A stretch of 54,356 nt of DNA. Source: a virus. Taxonomy: Duplodnaviria > Caudoviricetes. The first letter of the stretch is position 1. Every line of letters begins with the position of its first letter. Below are positions 36,147 through 45,977 of the stretch, one piece after another. The position numbers were made by a program, and so were the translations under genes. The notes under the pieces are model-generated. The model did no database searches, was not told the DNA's origin, and saw nothing but the letters and a program-made list of their open reading frames with translations. Where the stretch lies: IMG/VR virus record IMGVR_UViG_3300031949_000049, positions 1 through 54,356 of that record; one strand, given 5' to 3'.

Positions 36147-38173
36147 CTCGTCACCACGAGGTTAGAAGTAACTGAGTCATAGGCGATGTTGAGCTTGAGC
36201 ACGTCCTCCTCCTTCTTGGCGAGGGCCAGGTCGGCGATCATCGGCTCGAGCGTCGAGCGAAGGTGCCCAGGCAACCCCCTGGCCCCGGTCCGCGGGTCGT
36301 AGTTCTTCTTGCAGAATTTTTGGACTTCTTCCGGTGGGACGTTCAACGAGATGTTCTCGAGAACATAGGCGTCATTGATGAGAGCGGTCTCTCGGAGGAC
36401 GATCTGCTTGATGATGTCGACTCCTAGGGCGAGGAACTGGATGATGTCCTTCCGGCCGCCGAAGCGGTTAAGGAACTCCGGCCGATACGTCTTGTCGAGA
36501 TCCTCGAGCGTCTTTTCCTGTGCCTGGGCCACGGTGAGTTTCTTGTTGAGGTAGTGCTCTTGACCAATGTTGGTCGTGCAGAGGATGTAGGTGTCCTGGA
36601 AAGACACGACCCTGCCGACGTTGTCGGTCAGGCGCCCGTCGCCGAGCACCTGGAGCAATATGTTGAATACGTCCGGATGGGCCTTCTCTATCTCGTCGAA
36701 GAGGACGATGCATACCGGCTGGCGACGGACGGTGTTGGTCAGGATGCCGCCAGCGTCGAATCCCTCGTAGCCTGGAGGGGCACCGATAAGCTTGGCCACG
36801 GCGTGCTTCTCCATGTACTCCGACATGTCGAGTCGGAACAGCGCCTTCTCATCATCGAAGAGATTGGCGGCAAGTGCCTTCGCCATCTCAGTCTTCCCTA
36901 CTCCGGACGGGCCCATGAACATGCAGGCACCCATCGGTCGCCCGTTGTTGCGGCGTCCTATCCTGGACGTCTTGACCATGTTGGCCACGTGCTTGACTGC
37001 CGCGTCCTGGCCGAAGATTCGCCTGCAGAGATTCGCCTCTAGGTTGCGAAGTTTCTCGCGCTCGTCCTCGTTGAGCTTCTCTGCGGGGATGCCGGAGATG
37101 CGGGAGAACTCATTGGTGACCTGGGTCTTGGCAAGCTTGATTCCGGCGTTCACCTTCTTGACTAGGGCGTCGTATCTCGCCTTTTTACCGTCGAGCTCGC
37201 GCTGGACGGCGTCGATCCGCTCTCTTATCGCCTTCTTCGTCGGGTTGTCAATCCCGTTGCCGACGAGCTTGCTGAAGGCGCTGATGCGCTTCTTCTGTCC
37301 GTCGGCCGATGCCTCCAGTCGGGCGTCCTCCGCGGCCATCTCCTCGTTGAGATCGATGAACACGTCTTCCGTCGCCCTGAGCTCAGATGAGATCAGGGCA
37401 AGGGTGTTCTTGTCTTCTTTATTGATGGTGGCGTGGGAGTCCATCCTCCACGTCGCGAAGGCGCGATCGAGCAGATTGACGCTCCTGGTGGGTTGGGCTC
37501 GATTCATGGCTGCCCGATACTTGTTGGTAAGTGATATGGCGGCGGTGATCGCCGACTCCTCGACGCCGAGATGGTGATACCTAGCGAGTGCATCAGCTGA
37601 GTCTGTGACGATCAGCTTGAGTACGTCGTCAGTGGGCTCCCTTATCTCCAGCACGGTGAAGAGCTCGATCATATCCGAGTGTGACTTAATGACGGAGTCG
37701 AACGACTCGTCTTTCACCTCTAGGATCACCTGGGACTCATCGAGCTTTACCATGTTCATGAGGGCGTTGATGAAGTGATCGTACCCGCCGGCCTTGGCGG
37801 CGTTGATGAAGTCAGCCACGTCCTCTATGATGAGGATGGATTCGCTGGTGCTGGCCAGGGCAGACGTTATCTTCTGGAACTCGGAGTTTATGATCTTCGA
37901 GTCGCCGGACGAGAACAGGCCATCCGTGTCGAGCCAGAAGATCCTCTTGCTAGCTATGTCGAATGGTGCTGGATCACTCCTGTTGGCCTTCCAGGCCTGG
38001 AGACCCAGGCAGATGGTGGTGCACCCCACCCCGCCGGGACCGGTCAATATGATGCTGTTCGAGTGCTTCCTCGTGAGGATCGAGGCCATCTCCTTGAGCT
38101 CGGCGGATCGGCCGACACACCGGAAACCGGGCGACTTCTCGAGCCTATCTTCTCCAGAAACGAGATAGTTCAT
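36143..38173 (-). CDS. ClpB/ClpC-like AAA+ ATPase lacking N-domain, degenerate AAA1
   Basis: AAA2: GPSGVGKTE, DMSEY.EKH.V.KLIGAPPGY.G, LFDEIEKAH, GARG; AAA1: GPGGVGCTT, IIED. Confidence 0.9.
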   Translation of the reverse strand: MNYLVSGEDRLEKSPGFRCVGRSAELKEMASILTRKHSNSIILTGPGGVGCTTICLGLQAWKANRSDPAPFDIASKRIFWLDTDGLFSSGDSKIINSEFQKITSALASTSESILIIEDVADFINAAKAGGYDHFINALMNMVKLDESQVILEVKDESFDSVIKSHSDMIELFTVLEIREPTDDVLKLIVTDSADALARYHHLGVEESAITAAISLTNKYRAAMNRAQPTRSVNLLDRAFATWRMDSHATINKEDKNTLALISSELRATEDVFIDLNEEMAAEDARLEASADGQKKRISAFSKLVGNGIDNPTKKAIRERIDAVQRELDGKKARYDALVKKVNAGIKLAKTQVTNEFSRISGIPAEKLNEDEREKLRNLEANLCRRIFGQDAAVKHVANMVKTSRIGRRNNGRPMGACMFMGPSGVGKTEMAKALAANLFDDEKALFRLDMSEYMEKHAVAKLIGAPPGYEGFDAGGILTNTVRRQPVCIVLFDEIEKAHPDVFNILLQVLGDGRLTDNVGRVVSFQDTYILCTTNIGQEHYLNKKLTVAQAQEKTLEDLDKTYRPEFLNRFGGRKDIIQFLALGVDIIKQIVLRETALINDAYVLENISLNVPPEEVQKFCKKNYDPRTGARGLPGHLRSTLEPMIADLALAKKEEDVLKLNIAYDSVTSNLVVTR

Positions 38174-38198
38174 GACCCCTCCAAACTTTCATTGTATA

Positions 38199-38471
38199 TC
38201 ACTTCTCCGTGCGAGTCAATCGATGTTGCATGGCGCCTTCACTCGTCCTGACGAAGTGCCAGACCCCAATAAGTCTTCCATTAGAATCGAATGGGCAAAC
38301 TTCTTCCTTATAGAACCAGCCATCCAATAGGAACTCGGCAAACTTCTCGGAATACTCGTTACCGTATAACATTTCACAACTCATGGTATAACCCTTAGAG
38401 ACGACGCCGGGTAGAATCTCATTAAGACGAAGCGTCCTCATGGCAAGTCGAGTTCCATATCTCAATTCCAC
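38199..38471 (-). CDS. small wHTH-like paralogue family member
   Basis: FLLDGWF...CP...FVRTSEG. Confidence 0.7.
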   Translation of the reverse strand: MELRYGTRLAMRTLRLNEILPGVVSKGYTMSCEMLYGNEYSEKFAEFLLDGWFYKEEVCPFDSNGRLIGVWHFVRTSEGAMQHRLTRTEK

Positions 38472-38556
38472 ATAGGCAGGTGGACCACCATGTCACCCGT
38501 GCAGTAAGTGAGCGCGAGACCAACAACTATGACGGTGAACCAATTCAACTTGCTCA

Positions 38557-38841
38557 TTATTTCAATTCCTGTGCGCGGGGCCCAGCTAACCGATAGTATT
38601 CAGTCGCGCCTTCTTCAGTCCTCTCAAACAACCATTGGAACGCGTCGAGCGGTGATGTCTCAATCTTGAAGAACCAACCGTTCTTCAAGACCTCGTCAAA
38701 CTCACCGGATAGATAACAGCGGTGATCTGTATAGACAATTCTACACTGCAACAAGGCGATCATATTGGTGATAGCTGGGACGATTGGTTTCTTCATACCG
38801 AGAAAGAAATGGCGCAGTTTCCCGCGCCATCGCCTTATCAT
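38557..38841 (-). CDS. small wHTH-like paralogue family member
   Basis: VLKNGWF...SP...FERTEEG. Confidence 0.7.
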   Translation of the reverse strand: MIRRWRGKLRHFFLGMKKPIVPAITNMIALLQCRIVYTDHRCYLSGEFDEVLKNGWFFKIETSPLDAFQWLFERTEEGATEYYRLAGPRAQELK

Positions 38842-38843
38842 CT

Positions 38844-39167
38844 TTAGCCTCGGGCGCCGCGGGTGCGCGGCGGGCAAGGTACTTCAACTTCGCGCGTAAA
38901 CGTTGTCGTTACCGTGCGTACCGTCGCGTTGGCACCGGACCCTTGGATAAAGCAGGTCAGGTGGTTCATCGCCAGGTTGTAGTTCGTCTTCGGCACCGTG
39001 CATCCACGGGGGCCGTCGGGCTTGAGGTCACCACCGTTCACCATGCTGACCGAGATACTGGACGACACTTCCTTGGTGCAACTCTGACAACCCTTCTCCC
39101 CCGCCAGTGACGGCGCAGCCATTACCAACATCACCGGCAGTGCCAGTGCGATTAAGTACTTCTTCAT
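38844..39167 (-). CDS. secreted Cys-rich protein
   Basis: signal peptide; GAGGAG RBS. Confidence 0.7.
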   Translation of the reverse strand: MKKYLIALALPVMLVMAAPSLAGEKGCQSCTKEVSSSISVSMVNGGDLKPDGPRGCTVPKTNYNLAMNHLTCFIQGSGANATVRTVTTTFTREVEVPCPPRTRGARG

Positions 39168-39208
39168 GTAGTTTCTCCTCTTCATTGCACGGGGACGCCG
39201 TGCGCGTT

Positions 39209-39526
39209 TCACTGGTTCGCCACCTCGGCGTTCGAAGGGGTCTCCTCCTCCGGGGTGACGACGTCGTGATTCTTGATGCTATCCCACTTTATGACGCCAC
39301 CATCGCAGGCAAAGATGACGTCGCTCATGGTGTCTATGCCGATCTTGCTGGGGTTGGACAACACCCTCTCGAGTTTCCTTCTCTTCCAACCGAGTCTCTT
39401 GGCAATGACCTTCATGCTCATCGTCTTGTCCTTCAGCAGGCACGAGACGACGTGGTGGTTGAGGAATTCCATGTGTTTCCCGGTCATGGCCCGGCGGTTG
39501 GCGAGAAGGATGTCCTTGTTGATCAC
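39209..39526 (-). CDS. HTH DNA-binding protein (XRE-like)
   Basis: SMKVIAKRLGW....LERVL; GTGA overlap. Confidence 0.6.
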   Translation of the reverse strand: MINKDILLANRRAMTGKHMEFLNHHVVSCLLKDKTMSMKVIAKRLGWKRRKLERVLSNPSKIGIDTMSDVIFACDGGVIKWDSIKNHDVVTPEEETPSNAEVANQ

Positions 39527-40731
39527 GTCCGCACCTCCGGCCGAGTGAAGTCCTTCATCTCGACTCCCTGCATCCAGGCCTGCGCCTCGATGGCGGTTTT
39601 GACCTGACGGGGCACACCCACGGCAAACTCCCTGCCGGTGCCGCAGAGCACCTTGCAGAACCTCGACGGACCGATGCCGGGGAGTTCCACCTCGACGAGG
39701 GTGCCGATGAGCGGGTCCCCGTCCTCGTCGATCACCTTGGCGTCGAGATCCTTGAGGATCTTCGCCCAACTAACGATCTCGATAGCGGCCCGTCTCTGTT
39801 CGATGTTTGCCCAGGTCAGCGCGGTCTTGGCGCTGAGCGATTTCTTGTCGTAGATCCATTCACCCGGGATGATGAGACCATTGTAGGCGTAGCAACCCCA
39901 GCCGTCGCGGAACTCAATGGTCGCTTTCTCGAGACTATGGAGGCGCCCGAGTTCGTCGTGCCTCATGGCTGACGGGCGATCGCTGAAGAGGCAGATGTTC
40001 TCCCACGGCGACATCCACCCGACGGTCCGGCTGACGTCGGCCATGGCGTCAAGCTTGACGATGTCATCAGTAGGGAATTCCGCGCCGATCTCCTTGCCGA
40101 ACATATAGAACATGTACCAGGCTGTTAGGCTCTGCGTCGTCACCGCGTTATTGGTAAACGGCCGGGTCGCCTTCTGGTTGCCGATGGTGTTGCGTATCAT
40201 CGTGGTGATTGGATTAAACAAGTTCCAGATATCGTTCACCGACTTGAAGAGGTCGGATGAACTGGAATCACTGTACTTCTCCTTGAACTTATTCGATAGC
40301 TGGTCTTCCAGCTGCCATCTCGTCAGGCCGCCGATCTGCTTGCCGAACTCAAAGGGTTTCTTACTTGCCGTGACCGCCTTGAGGAGGCGCTCAACCTGGA
40401 TCTCGGCCTGTGCAGATGATGCCAGGGCCGAGCACACCCGCTCGTCGCCAGTGTATTTCTCGGTCTCGAGCAGGGACTTCCGGCTCGAGGTGATCATCTT
40501 CGCGGTCTCCGCCTTCTTTGGCAAGGTGCCGGCGAGGAACTCGCACGCACCGGGAGACGACATGTTGAGGATGATCGGTTCCGGTCGCCCCAGGGTTCTA
40601 TAGAACTTCTTGATGAAGTGCTCACCCTTCTCGACGTCCGCCATGTCGGTGTTGTTGCCGACGGCTATCCACTCAACTTTCTTTTCCTCGAGTGATTCGA
40701 CCTGAGCCTTCGTGAGCTTTAGTTCAGCCAT
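39523..40731 (-). CDS. DUF6745-like protein
   Basis: W.P....C...DRP......GRLH.....I.F.DGW..YA..G; N.EQRR; C.TGREF. Confidence 0.8.
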   Translation of the reverse strand: MAELKLTKAQVESLEEKKVEWIAVGNNTDMADVEKGEHFIKKFYRTLGRPEPIILNMSSPGACEFLAGTLPKKAETAKMITSSRKSLLETEKYTGDERVCSALASSAQAEIQVERLLKAVTASKKPFEFGKQIGGLTRWQLEDQLSNKFKEKYSDSSSSDLFKSVNDIWNLFNPITTMIRNTIGNQKATRPFTNNAVTTQSLTAWYMFYMFGKEIGAEFPTDDIVKLDAMADVSRTVGWMSPWENICLFSDRPSAMRHDELGRLHSLEKATIEFRDGWGCYAYNGLIIPGEWIYDKKSLSAKTALTWANIEQRRAAIEIVSWAKILKDLDAKVIDEDGDPLIGTLVEVELPGIGPSRFCKVLCGTGREFAVGVPRQVKTAIEAQAWMQGVEMKDFTRPEVRT

Positions 40732-40733
40732 GA

Positions 40734-42401
40734 TTATATACCTCTTCCAAGATTGCCAAATGGTTTCTTTTCATCCAGGGCGGACGCCTTGATCTTTGGC
40801 TCCTTATCTGGCCTGATCGTATCTGAGTTCACCGCGTACGCCTTCTGGGTCGATTCCCTGACGCTCGTCGCGAGTTCCTCGAGTTCCTGCATCCTCGTCC
40901 GCATCTCTGCCAGACCCTCCTTGGTGATGTCCGTCGCGGTGTTGATCACCTCTCCGTAGCCGGCGAGGTCGTCGATCACCTTGGACAGGGCGTCGCTCTG
41001 TTCTGTCACACCCATTGCCGTGCGGATGGCTTCCTTCTGGGTGACGGCGTTGGTCGAGTCGCGCATCTTTTGGAGCGTCTGTCCGGCCATCGCCGATGAC
41101 TCACCGAGTGCCGCCATGGACACCGCCTGAAGCACCGTGCTCAATCGGTCGGCTACCCCGGCAACGCCTTGGCTGTGAAGTATCCTGGCCGTATTCATGT
41201 TGTCAGCGTTGTTGTCGCGCATTCCCTTGACCCGGATCGCCTGGGACGTCAGGTCGGCCAGGGTGGTCATGGTGTCGACCATGGTGGTCTCCACCGTTTT
41301 GATGTGCTGGTCGATCGCGAGCTTCTTGGACTCCCGCGCTATCTTGGTGACCGCGTCCTCGTCGGGTGCCGGGGTCGACACCTTAGCGAGCTGTTCCCTG
41401 TTGTGGGTGTCGGCGATCTTTCCACCTTCCTGCATGACGGCATAGACCCCGCTCATGTTGTCGTTGGCATCGGCCAGGCCTTCTATCTGTCCGTTCATCT
41501 GACCGAGGTGATCCTTGATCGACCCGGTCTCCTTCTTCGAAGTCTTGACGAAATCGACGGCGGCGGTGACCAGCGCCACCTGGCGCGCCTTGTGTTCCTC
41601 TGACGAGATGTCGAGTAGCTCCCTGAGCTGCTCTTTTTGCTTGGTGAACTCCTCACCCCTCTCGTCAGGAGGAGGCGCCTCTGCTTCGAGCTGGGTCACC
41701 TTGTTCTGGATGTCGGAGAGCTCGGTGTCGAGTTGCTTACGGTCTACCTCGCGCGTCGCAATCGCCTCCTTGGCGTCCTGTGATATCCCGCCGAGCCCCC
41801 AGAGTTTCTTCTTCGTCCTGAGTACGGCGATAGCCTGGTCAGCATCGGTGATCTGCTTCTTGAGCAAGTTGGAATTGTTCTCGAGGTTGCCGAGTTCCAG
41901 CGTCCTGGCCTCCTCCCTCTTCTTGTCCTCGATGATGGTGCGGAAGGCGTCGAGCGTCATGCCGCTGGTGCGGAGCTTATAGACGGCGTCGATGATGTCG
42001 GTCAGCGGGCCCATCTGGTTCTCGAAGTCGATGAGGCCCTGGTTGAGGTGGTTGTAGGTATCCTTGAGTTGGGCGAAGGCGTCGGTGTTCGTCAGCGCGA
42101 TGATCTCGAGTGCCATCTCCTCCCTGACGTGCTGGAGATATTCCTTGAAGTGTTCCTGCTCGGCGACTCGCTGGCGACTCGCTTCCTTGGTGCCCTGGAA
42201 CTCCATCAGCTTGGCGAATTCCTCGGCTCGCTGCTTCGGTGCCAATTTCTCGTTGAACATGACCTGGTAAAATGGGTTGGCGGCCATGTCCGCGAACTTA
42301 GGGTCCGCCTCGACGGCAGAAGTCCTAGTTGATCCTCTCGCCCTGGCGACGTCTGCCAGAATATCCTGTACCGTGCTGAGTTTTCGCTTTGCTGTAGCCA
42401 T
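40734..42401 (-). CDS. long coiled-coil protein
   Basis: 555 aa, helical; GGAGGAG RBS; TTGACA-17-TATAGT promoter at 42426-42454. Confidence 0.85.
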   Translation of the reverse strand: MATAKRKLSTVQDILADVARARGSTRTSAVEADPKFADMAANPFYQVMFNEKLAPKQRAEEFAKLMEFQGTKEASRQRVAEQEHFKEYLQHVREEMALEIIALTNTDAFAQLKDTYNHLNQGLIDFENQMGPLTDIIDAVYKLRTSGMTLDAFRTIIEDKKREEARTLELGNLENNSNLLKKQITDADQAIAVLRTKKKLWGLGGISQDAKEAIATREVDRKQLDTELSDIQNKVTQLEAEAPPPDERGEEFTKQKEQLRELLDISSEEHKARQVALVTAAVDFVKTSKKETGSIKDHLGQMNGQIEGLADANDNMSGVYAVMQEGGKIADTHNREQLAKVSTPAPDEDAVTKIARESKKLAIDQHIKTVETTMVDTMTTLADLTSQAIRVKGMRDNNADNMNTARILHSQGVAGVADRLSTVLQAVSMAALGESSAMAGQTLQKMRDSTNAVTQKEAIRTAMGVTEQSDALSKVIDDLAGYGEVINTATDITKEGLAEMRTRMQELEELATSVRESTQKAYAVNSDTIRPDKEPKIKASALDEKKPFGNLGRGI

Positions 42402-42461
42402 TGTGTATCACTCCTCCATATGCCGACTATAACACCAGTCAGCCCAGATGTCAAGTAGTTT

Positions 42462-42656
42462 TTAGCCCATCGTGGCGGCCCAGATAAACATCACGAGGAA
42501 GATTCCTGATAGGATCCAGAACACCGTTATGTCCAACCACTGGGGCATGTTGTAGATATATCGATTGATCTTCTTCACGAGCAAAAACGAGATGAGACCC
42601 GATATAATGACTAATATGACGATGAACCATCCCAGCGTATTGATGTCCATATACAT
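42462..42656 (-). CDS. small two-TM membrane protein
   Basis: two hydrophobic helices. Confidence 0.65.
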   Translation of the reverse strand: MYMDINTLGWFIVILVIISGLISFLLVKKINRYIYNMPQWLDITVFWILSGIFLVMFIWAATMG

Positions 42657-42769
42657 GACGCGCGTCCCTTCCTAAGTAGGTAGGGCCGGACCGAGGAGGA
42701 GAATGGCCCGGCCCCCGACTGGGCATCGCGGTTGCACGCGTGTGTAGCCCAGCCGTTTTCAATCCTCGA

Positions 42770-43696
42770 TTAGTTTCCGTATTCTTTCTGGACGGCCGCC
42801 TTCACCCTGGCCACCGCCCTGATGAGTGCTGTCTTCGCCTTCGGATCGGCTATACGACTCGAGTTGACGTAGACCTTGGCCTGCCATGAGATGGTATCGG
42901 CGGCAGAAAACCAGCCCTGCAAATGGAGAGGATACGTCCCACTTGGGATCTCTCTCCACTCATAGAGCGCCTTGCCTTCGATGTCCACGGCGTCGTTGAA
43001 GTCCTTGTCGTTGGCGCCTGCTAGGACGACCTCATCACCGAAGAGCTCGTCTGCCTCGTTCATGTCGGCGTTCTTAAGGCCGGCCGCCACTAGTGCGCAG
43101 GTCGTCGTCCCAGACGCGACGTCTGAGATGGCGTCAATGCCAGAGAGCGTATTCGTCGGGACTGTGCCGTAGGAGTTATCTTCGTAGATGAAGTTCTCCC
43201 AGATTATCCAGGCACCCGAGCCGGGATTGCCGACCGCTATCGTGCCGCTCGTGCCGGGTAGGTCATTAAGATCATCGACATCGCTGGCCTTGTTACACAC
43301 AACGTGGAGATACTCGCGATGGAGTGCCCCTACGGTTGAGAGTTTCTTTGCCTCGCCGGGATTCTTTCTGGCAAGGAGTGCCGGCCCGTCGGGTTGTCCG
43401 ATGAAGGCGTGGCATGCGGCACCAGAATCGTAGTCTGCCTGAGTCGGTATCGCCGAATTCTCTATCTGAGTCGTGCGGACGATGTTGCCCCAGGTTCCCC
43501 CGGTGTCCTTGACTACGCGGATCTCGACGTTGCCGTCACCCGCGAGTTGCATGGCTATCATATCTCCGATCTGGGCGTAGGGAAGACCGGACTTTCCGGT
43601 GCATAGGTTTAGGGTAGTCCTAGCTTCCGCCCCAGCCGAGGCAAATGCTAGCAGGCCGACGACGAGAGCCGACGACATTAAAAGTGTTCTCTTCAT
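42770..43696 (-). CDS. TAXI-family TRAP solute-binding protein
   Basis: signal peptide; TG..G..Y, TGGT..N, L..EYLH.V, AVG..GSG; GAGGAG RBS. Confidence 0.8.
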   Translation of the reverse strand: MKRTLLMSSALVVGLLAFASAGAEARTTLNLCTGKSGLPYAQIGDMIAMQLAGDGNVEIRVVKDTGGTWGNIVRTTQIENSAIPTQADYDSGAACHAFIGQPDGPALLARKNPGEAKKLSTVGALHREYLHVVCNKASDVDDLNDLPGTSGTIAVGNPGSGAWIIWENFIYEDNSYGTVPTNTLSGIDAISDVASGTTTCALVAAGLKNADMNEADELFGDEVVLAGANDKDFNDAVDIEGKALYEWREIPSGTYPLHLQGWFSAADTISWQAKVYVNSSRIADPKAKTALIRAVARVKAAVQKEYGN

Positions 43697-43799
43697 GATG
43701 AAGCTCCTCACTCGATGGGTTGGTGCTTGTTCCGGTTCACCCTTGTCCGGCACCACTAGGCGGGCACTACTAAACCGTGCCCGCCTAAATGTCAATCGG

Positions 43800-44756
43800 C
43801 TAGAGTTTTGCTACCCCAGGTCCGTCGCCGCCCTTGCCCTTTGCCTTCTTGGCGAGGTGCTTGGTCGCCTTGGATACCGTCACCGCAGTGGTGCCGCTCC
43901 AGGAACTCGCCACCGTCTTGGCGTCCTCGCCGTTGACGATGCGGATGGTGCTCACGACGACCTCGGGAAGTGATTCCATGTCGTCGAGGATGATGAGGTT
44001 CTGGCCGATAGGCTTCCAGTGTTCCTTCATTCTCTTTTCACCTTCACCCGAGGCGAAGCTTCCGCCCATCGCCACGACGTGGAAGCAGTGATATTTCCGA
44101 CCTGCCGCCTCCCAGAGATCCATGTAGGATAGCGACTGGGGCGCGGACTCGTCTGGTCCGAACACCTGCTTGATCTGTTCTGGCGTCAGCGGGGGAGGCA
44201 TGGCCTCATCACCGACGGTGAACAGGAAGCCCTTGGTGTTCCTCTTCTCCATCGAGTCGATCTTCGTCTTGAAGGCCGCCATATAGAGAGGAAGGTGATA
44301 GGACTCAGAGTTGTTGCCGCCACCGTTGCCGACGATGTGCATCTTCTCAAACTGCTTGGTAGCTTCCAGGTCGGACTCGAACTGGGAGACCTGGAGTGCC
44401 CGTTCTCCGACGAAGTTGACGTCGTCGAAGAACATCGTCATGATTGCCGGATCCTCCACCGCCTTCTTGTCGACCAGCTCCTCGATGATGAGGTTGAACT
44501 TCTTGATGGCATTGAAGATGACCACGCTCATCGAGCCCGTGCAGTCGAGTGCCAGGACGATCGGCAGCGACAGTGGATTCAGCGCCGAGTCCCGCGCCTC
44601 GCGGACCTCGATGTTCTTTGCCTTGAGCGTATCGTCGATCTCTGTCGACGTCAGGATGTCGGCGGCCATCCTGGCCGTCTTCATCGACCCTCTGGTAGCC
44701 GTGGCGCCCGTCGTATAGGACGCCCAGGCATCTGCATCGTGTCTTCCAAAACCCAT
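43800..44756 (-). CDS. vWA (MIDAS) domain protein
   Basis: LDCTGSM, LQVSQFESD, GGGNNSESY, FLFTVGDE; AAGGAG RBS. Confidence 0.85.
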   Translation of the reverse strand: MGFGRHDADAWASYTTGATATRGSMKTARMAADILTSTEIDDTLKAKNIEVREARDSALNPLSLPIVLALDCTGSMSVVIFNAIKKFNLIIEELVDKKAVEDPAIMTMFFDDVNFVGERALQVSQFESDLEATKQFEKMHIVGNGGGNNSESYHLPLYMAAFKTKIDSMEKRNTKGFLFTVGDEAMPPPLTPEQIKQVFGPDESAPQSLSYMDLWEAAGRKYHCFHVVAMGGSFASGEGEKRMKEHWKPIGQNLIILDDMESLPEVVVSTIRIVNGEDAKTVASSWSGTTAVTVSKATKHLAKKAKGKGGDGPGVAKL

Positions 44757-44757
44757 G

Positions 44758-45774
44758 TTACTTCTCCTTGTAAGCGTCGCTGGCTACATTGCCAAAGTCG
44801 ACGAATTTACGCATACCGAAGGCGTCTGACCGAGCCTTCTCCCATCCCTGGTATTCCAGGACGGCGTCGTCACCAGACGCAGTGGACGTCCAGATGTCGA
44901 GACTCCGAGGCACCGATTTGACTCCCGCCAGGCAGTATCTCCCGAGTGCCTTCACGGCCTCCAGGTCTAATCTAATACTCGCCCTCTTATCTTTGTAGGC
45001 GCCAGGAAGCACGTTCTCATGGATCCAGTTCGGGATCACCTCGAGTCGCGCGTGCCTAGGGCGGAAGAACCACCAGCCACCGATCACCTGGATGGAATGG
45101 TTCTTGGTGTCGATGAAGACGTTCTGTGGGGTGAGGGCGCAGTGCACCATCTTCTGGTACTGCATGAAACAGCAGAAGTCGTAAAGCGAACTCAGTATCC
45201 AGGCGGTGTGCCTAGGATCCAGCGGGCCGAACGCCGACACGACGTCCTCGAGTGCCGCCGTCGCCGTGTCGCGGCCGATGGTGACGAGTTCCTTGTCATC
45301 CATGCCGAGCATCTTTTTCGACAGCATCGGCAAGTATTTGATGACATTCTTCTTGATCGAAGTGTCCTTGATGAGGTGGATGTTGTCGATGATCTTTATT
45401 CCGGCGGCGGCCATCTCTCTCGGGATGACGCACGTAAGTGATCTACTGGTGATGAACTCCTCGCCGAGATCCCCGGTCCGCCTCTTTAGATACCTAACAA
45501 CCATCGAGGCGTCGGAACCCCTGATGAGTGCGGAGTTCTTCCCGTGTCCGGCCCACACACCCGACTTCAGCTCGTCGATGGCGAGGTCGTACATCTTCAA
45601 CAAGTTGGAGAAGGCCGATGAGGCCTGGGGGTCCTTGGACTTATCGGGGTGGACCTCCTTGGCGAGATCCACGTAGCGCTTCTTTATCTCCTCGGCGGTC
45701 TCGCACCCGGAGAAGATGTCGGACATGATCGGGGAGAGTGCTATTTGAATAGCTTCTTGAATAGCTTCCTGCAT
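44758..45774 (-). CDS. J-domain fused to protein-kinase-like (pseudokinase) domain
   Basis: Y..LA...HPD; later VHCALTPQNVFI...VIGGWW. Confidence 0.8.
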   Translation of the reverse strand: MQEAIQEAIQIALSPIMSDIFSGCETAEEIKKRYVDLAKEVHPDKSKDPQASSAFSNLLKMYDLAIDELKSGVWAGHGKNSALIRGSDASMVVRYLKRRTGDLGEEFITSRSLTCVIPREMAAAGIKIIDNIHLIKDTSIKKNVIKYLPMLSKKMLGMDDKELVTIGRDTATAALEDVVSAFGPLDPRHTAWILSSLYDFCCFMQYQKMVHCALTPQNVFIDTKNHSIQVIGGWWFFRPRHARLEVIPNWIHENVLPGAYKDKRASIRLDLEAVKALGRYCLAGVKSVPRSLDIWTSTASGDDAVLEYQGWEKARSDAFGMRKFVDFGNVASDAYKEK

Positions 45775-45977
45775 TCGTCCTCTCCTTCTGAAGTTAGTCT
45801 ATAGATGTCAGCGGCGTCGTAGAAGCCCTCTTTCACCCGATACAGCCATCCTTGTTCGAGAAAATATATGAAGCTGTTCCGAAGGTGGACGGGATACCAT
45901 TCGCCGCCGTGTCTGACGCAGAACGGCGTTGATCCCCGCATAAATGACATATTGTAGATGTGTTGTTCACGCGTCAT
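45741..45977 (-). CDS. small wHTH-like paralogue family member
   Basis: FLEQGWL...YRLTSEG. Confidence 0.7.
   Translation of the reverse strand: MTREQHIYNMSFMRGSTPFCVRHGGEWYPVHLRNSFIYFLEQGWLYRVKEGFYDAADIYRLTSEGEDECRKLFKKLFK

Noticed and set aside
6997-45728. Numerous long plus-strand ORFs (e.g. 12718-13449, 19476-20273, 24182-24778, 36792-37577, 44295-44921)
   Set aside because: They are antisense shadows of well-supported minus-strand genes in GC-rich DNA, with no RBS or motifs.
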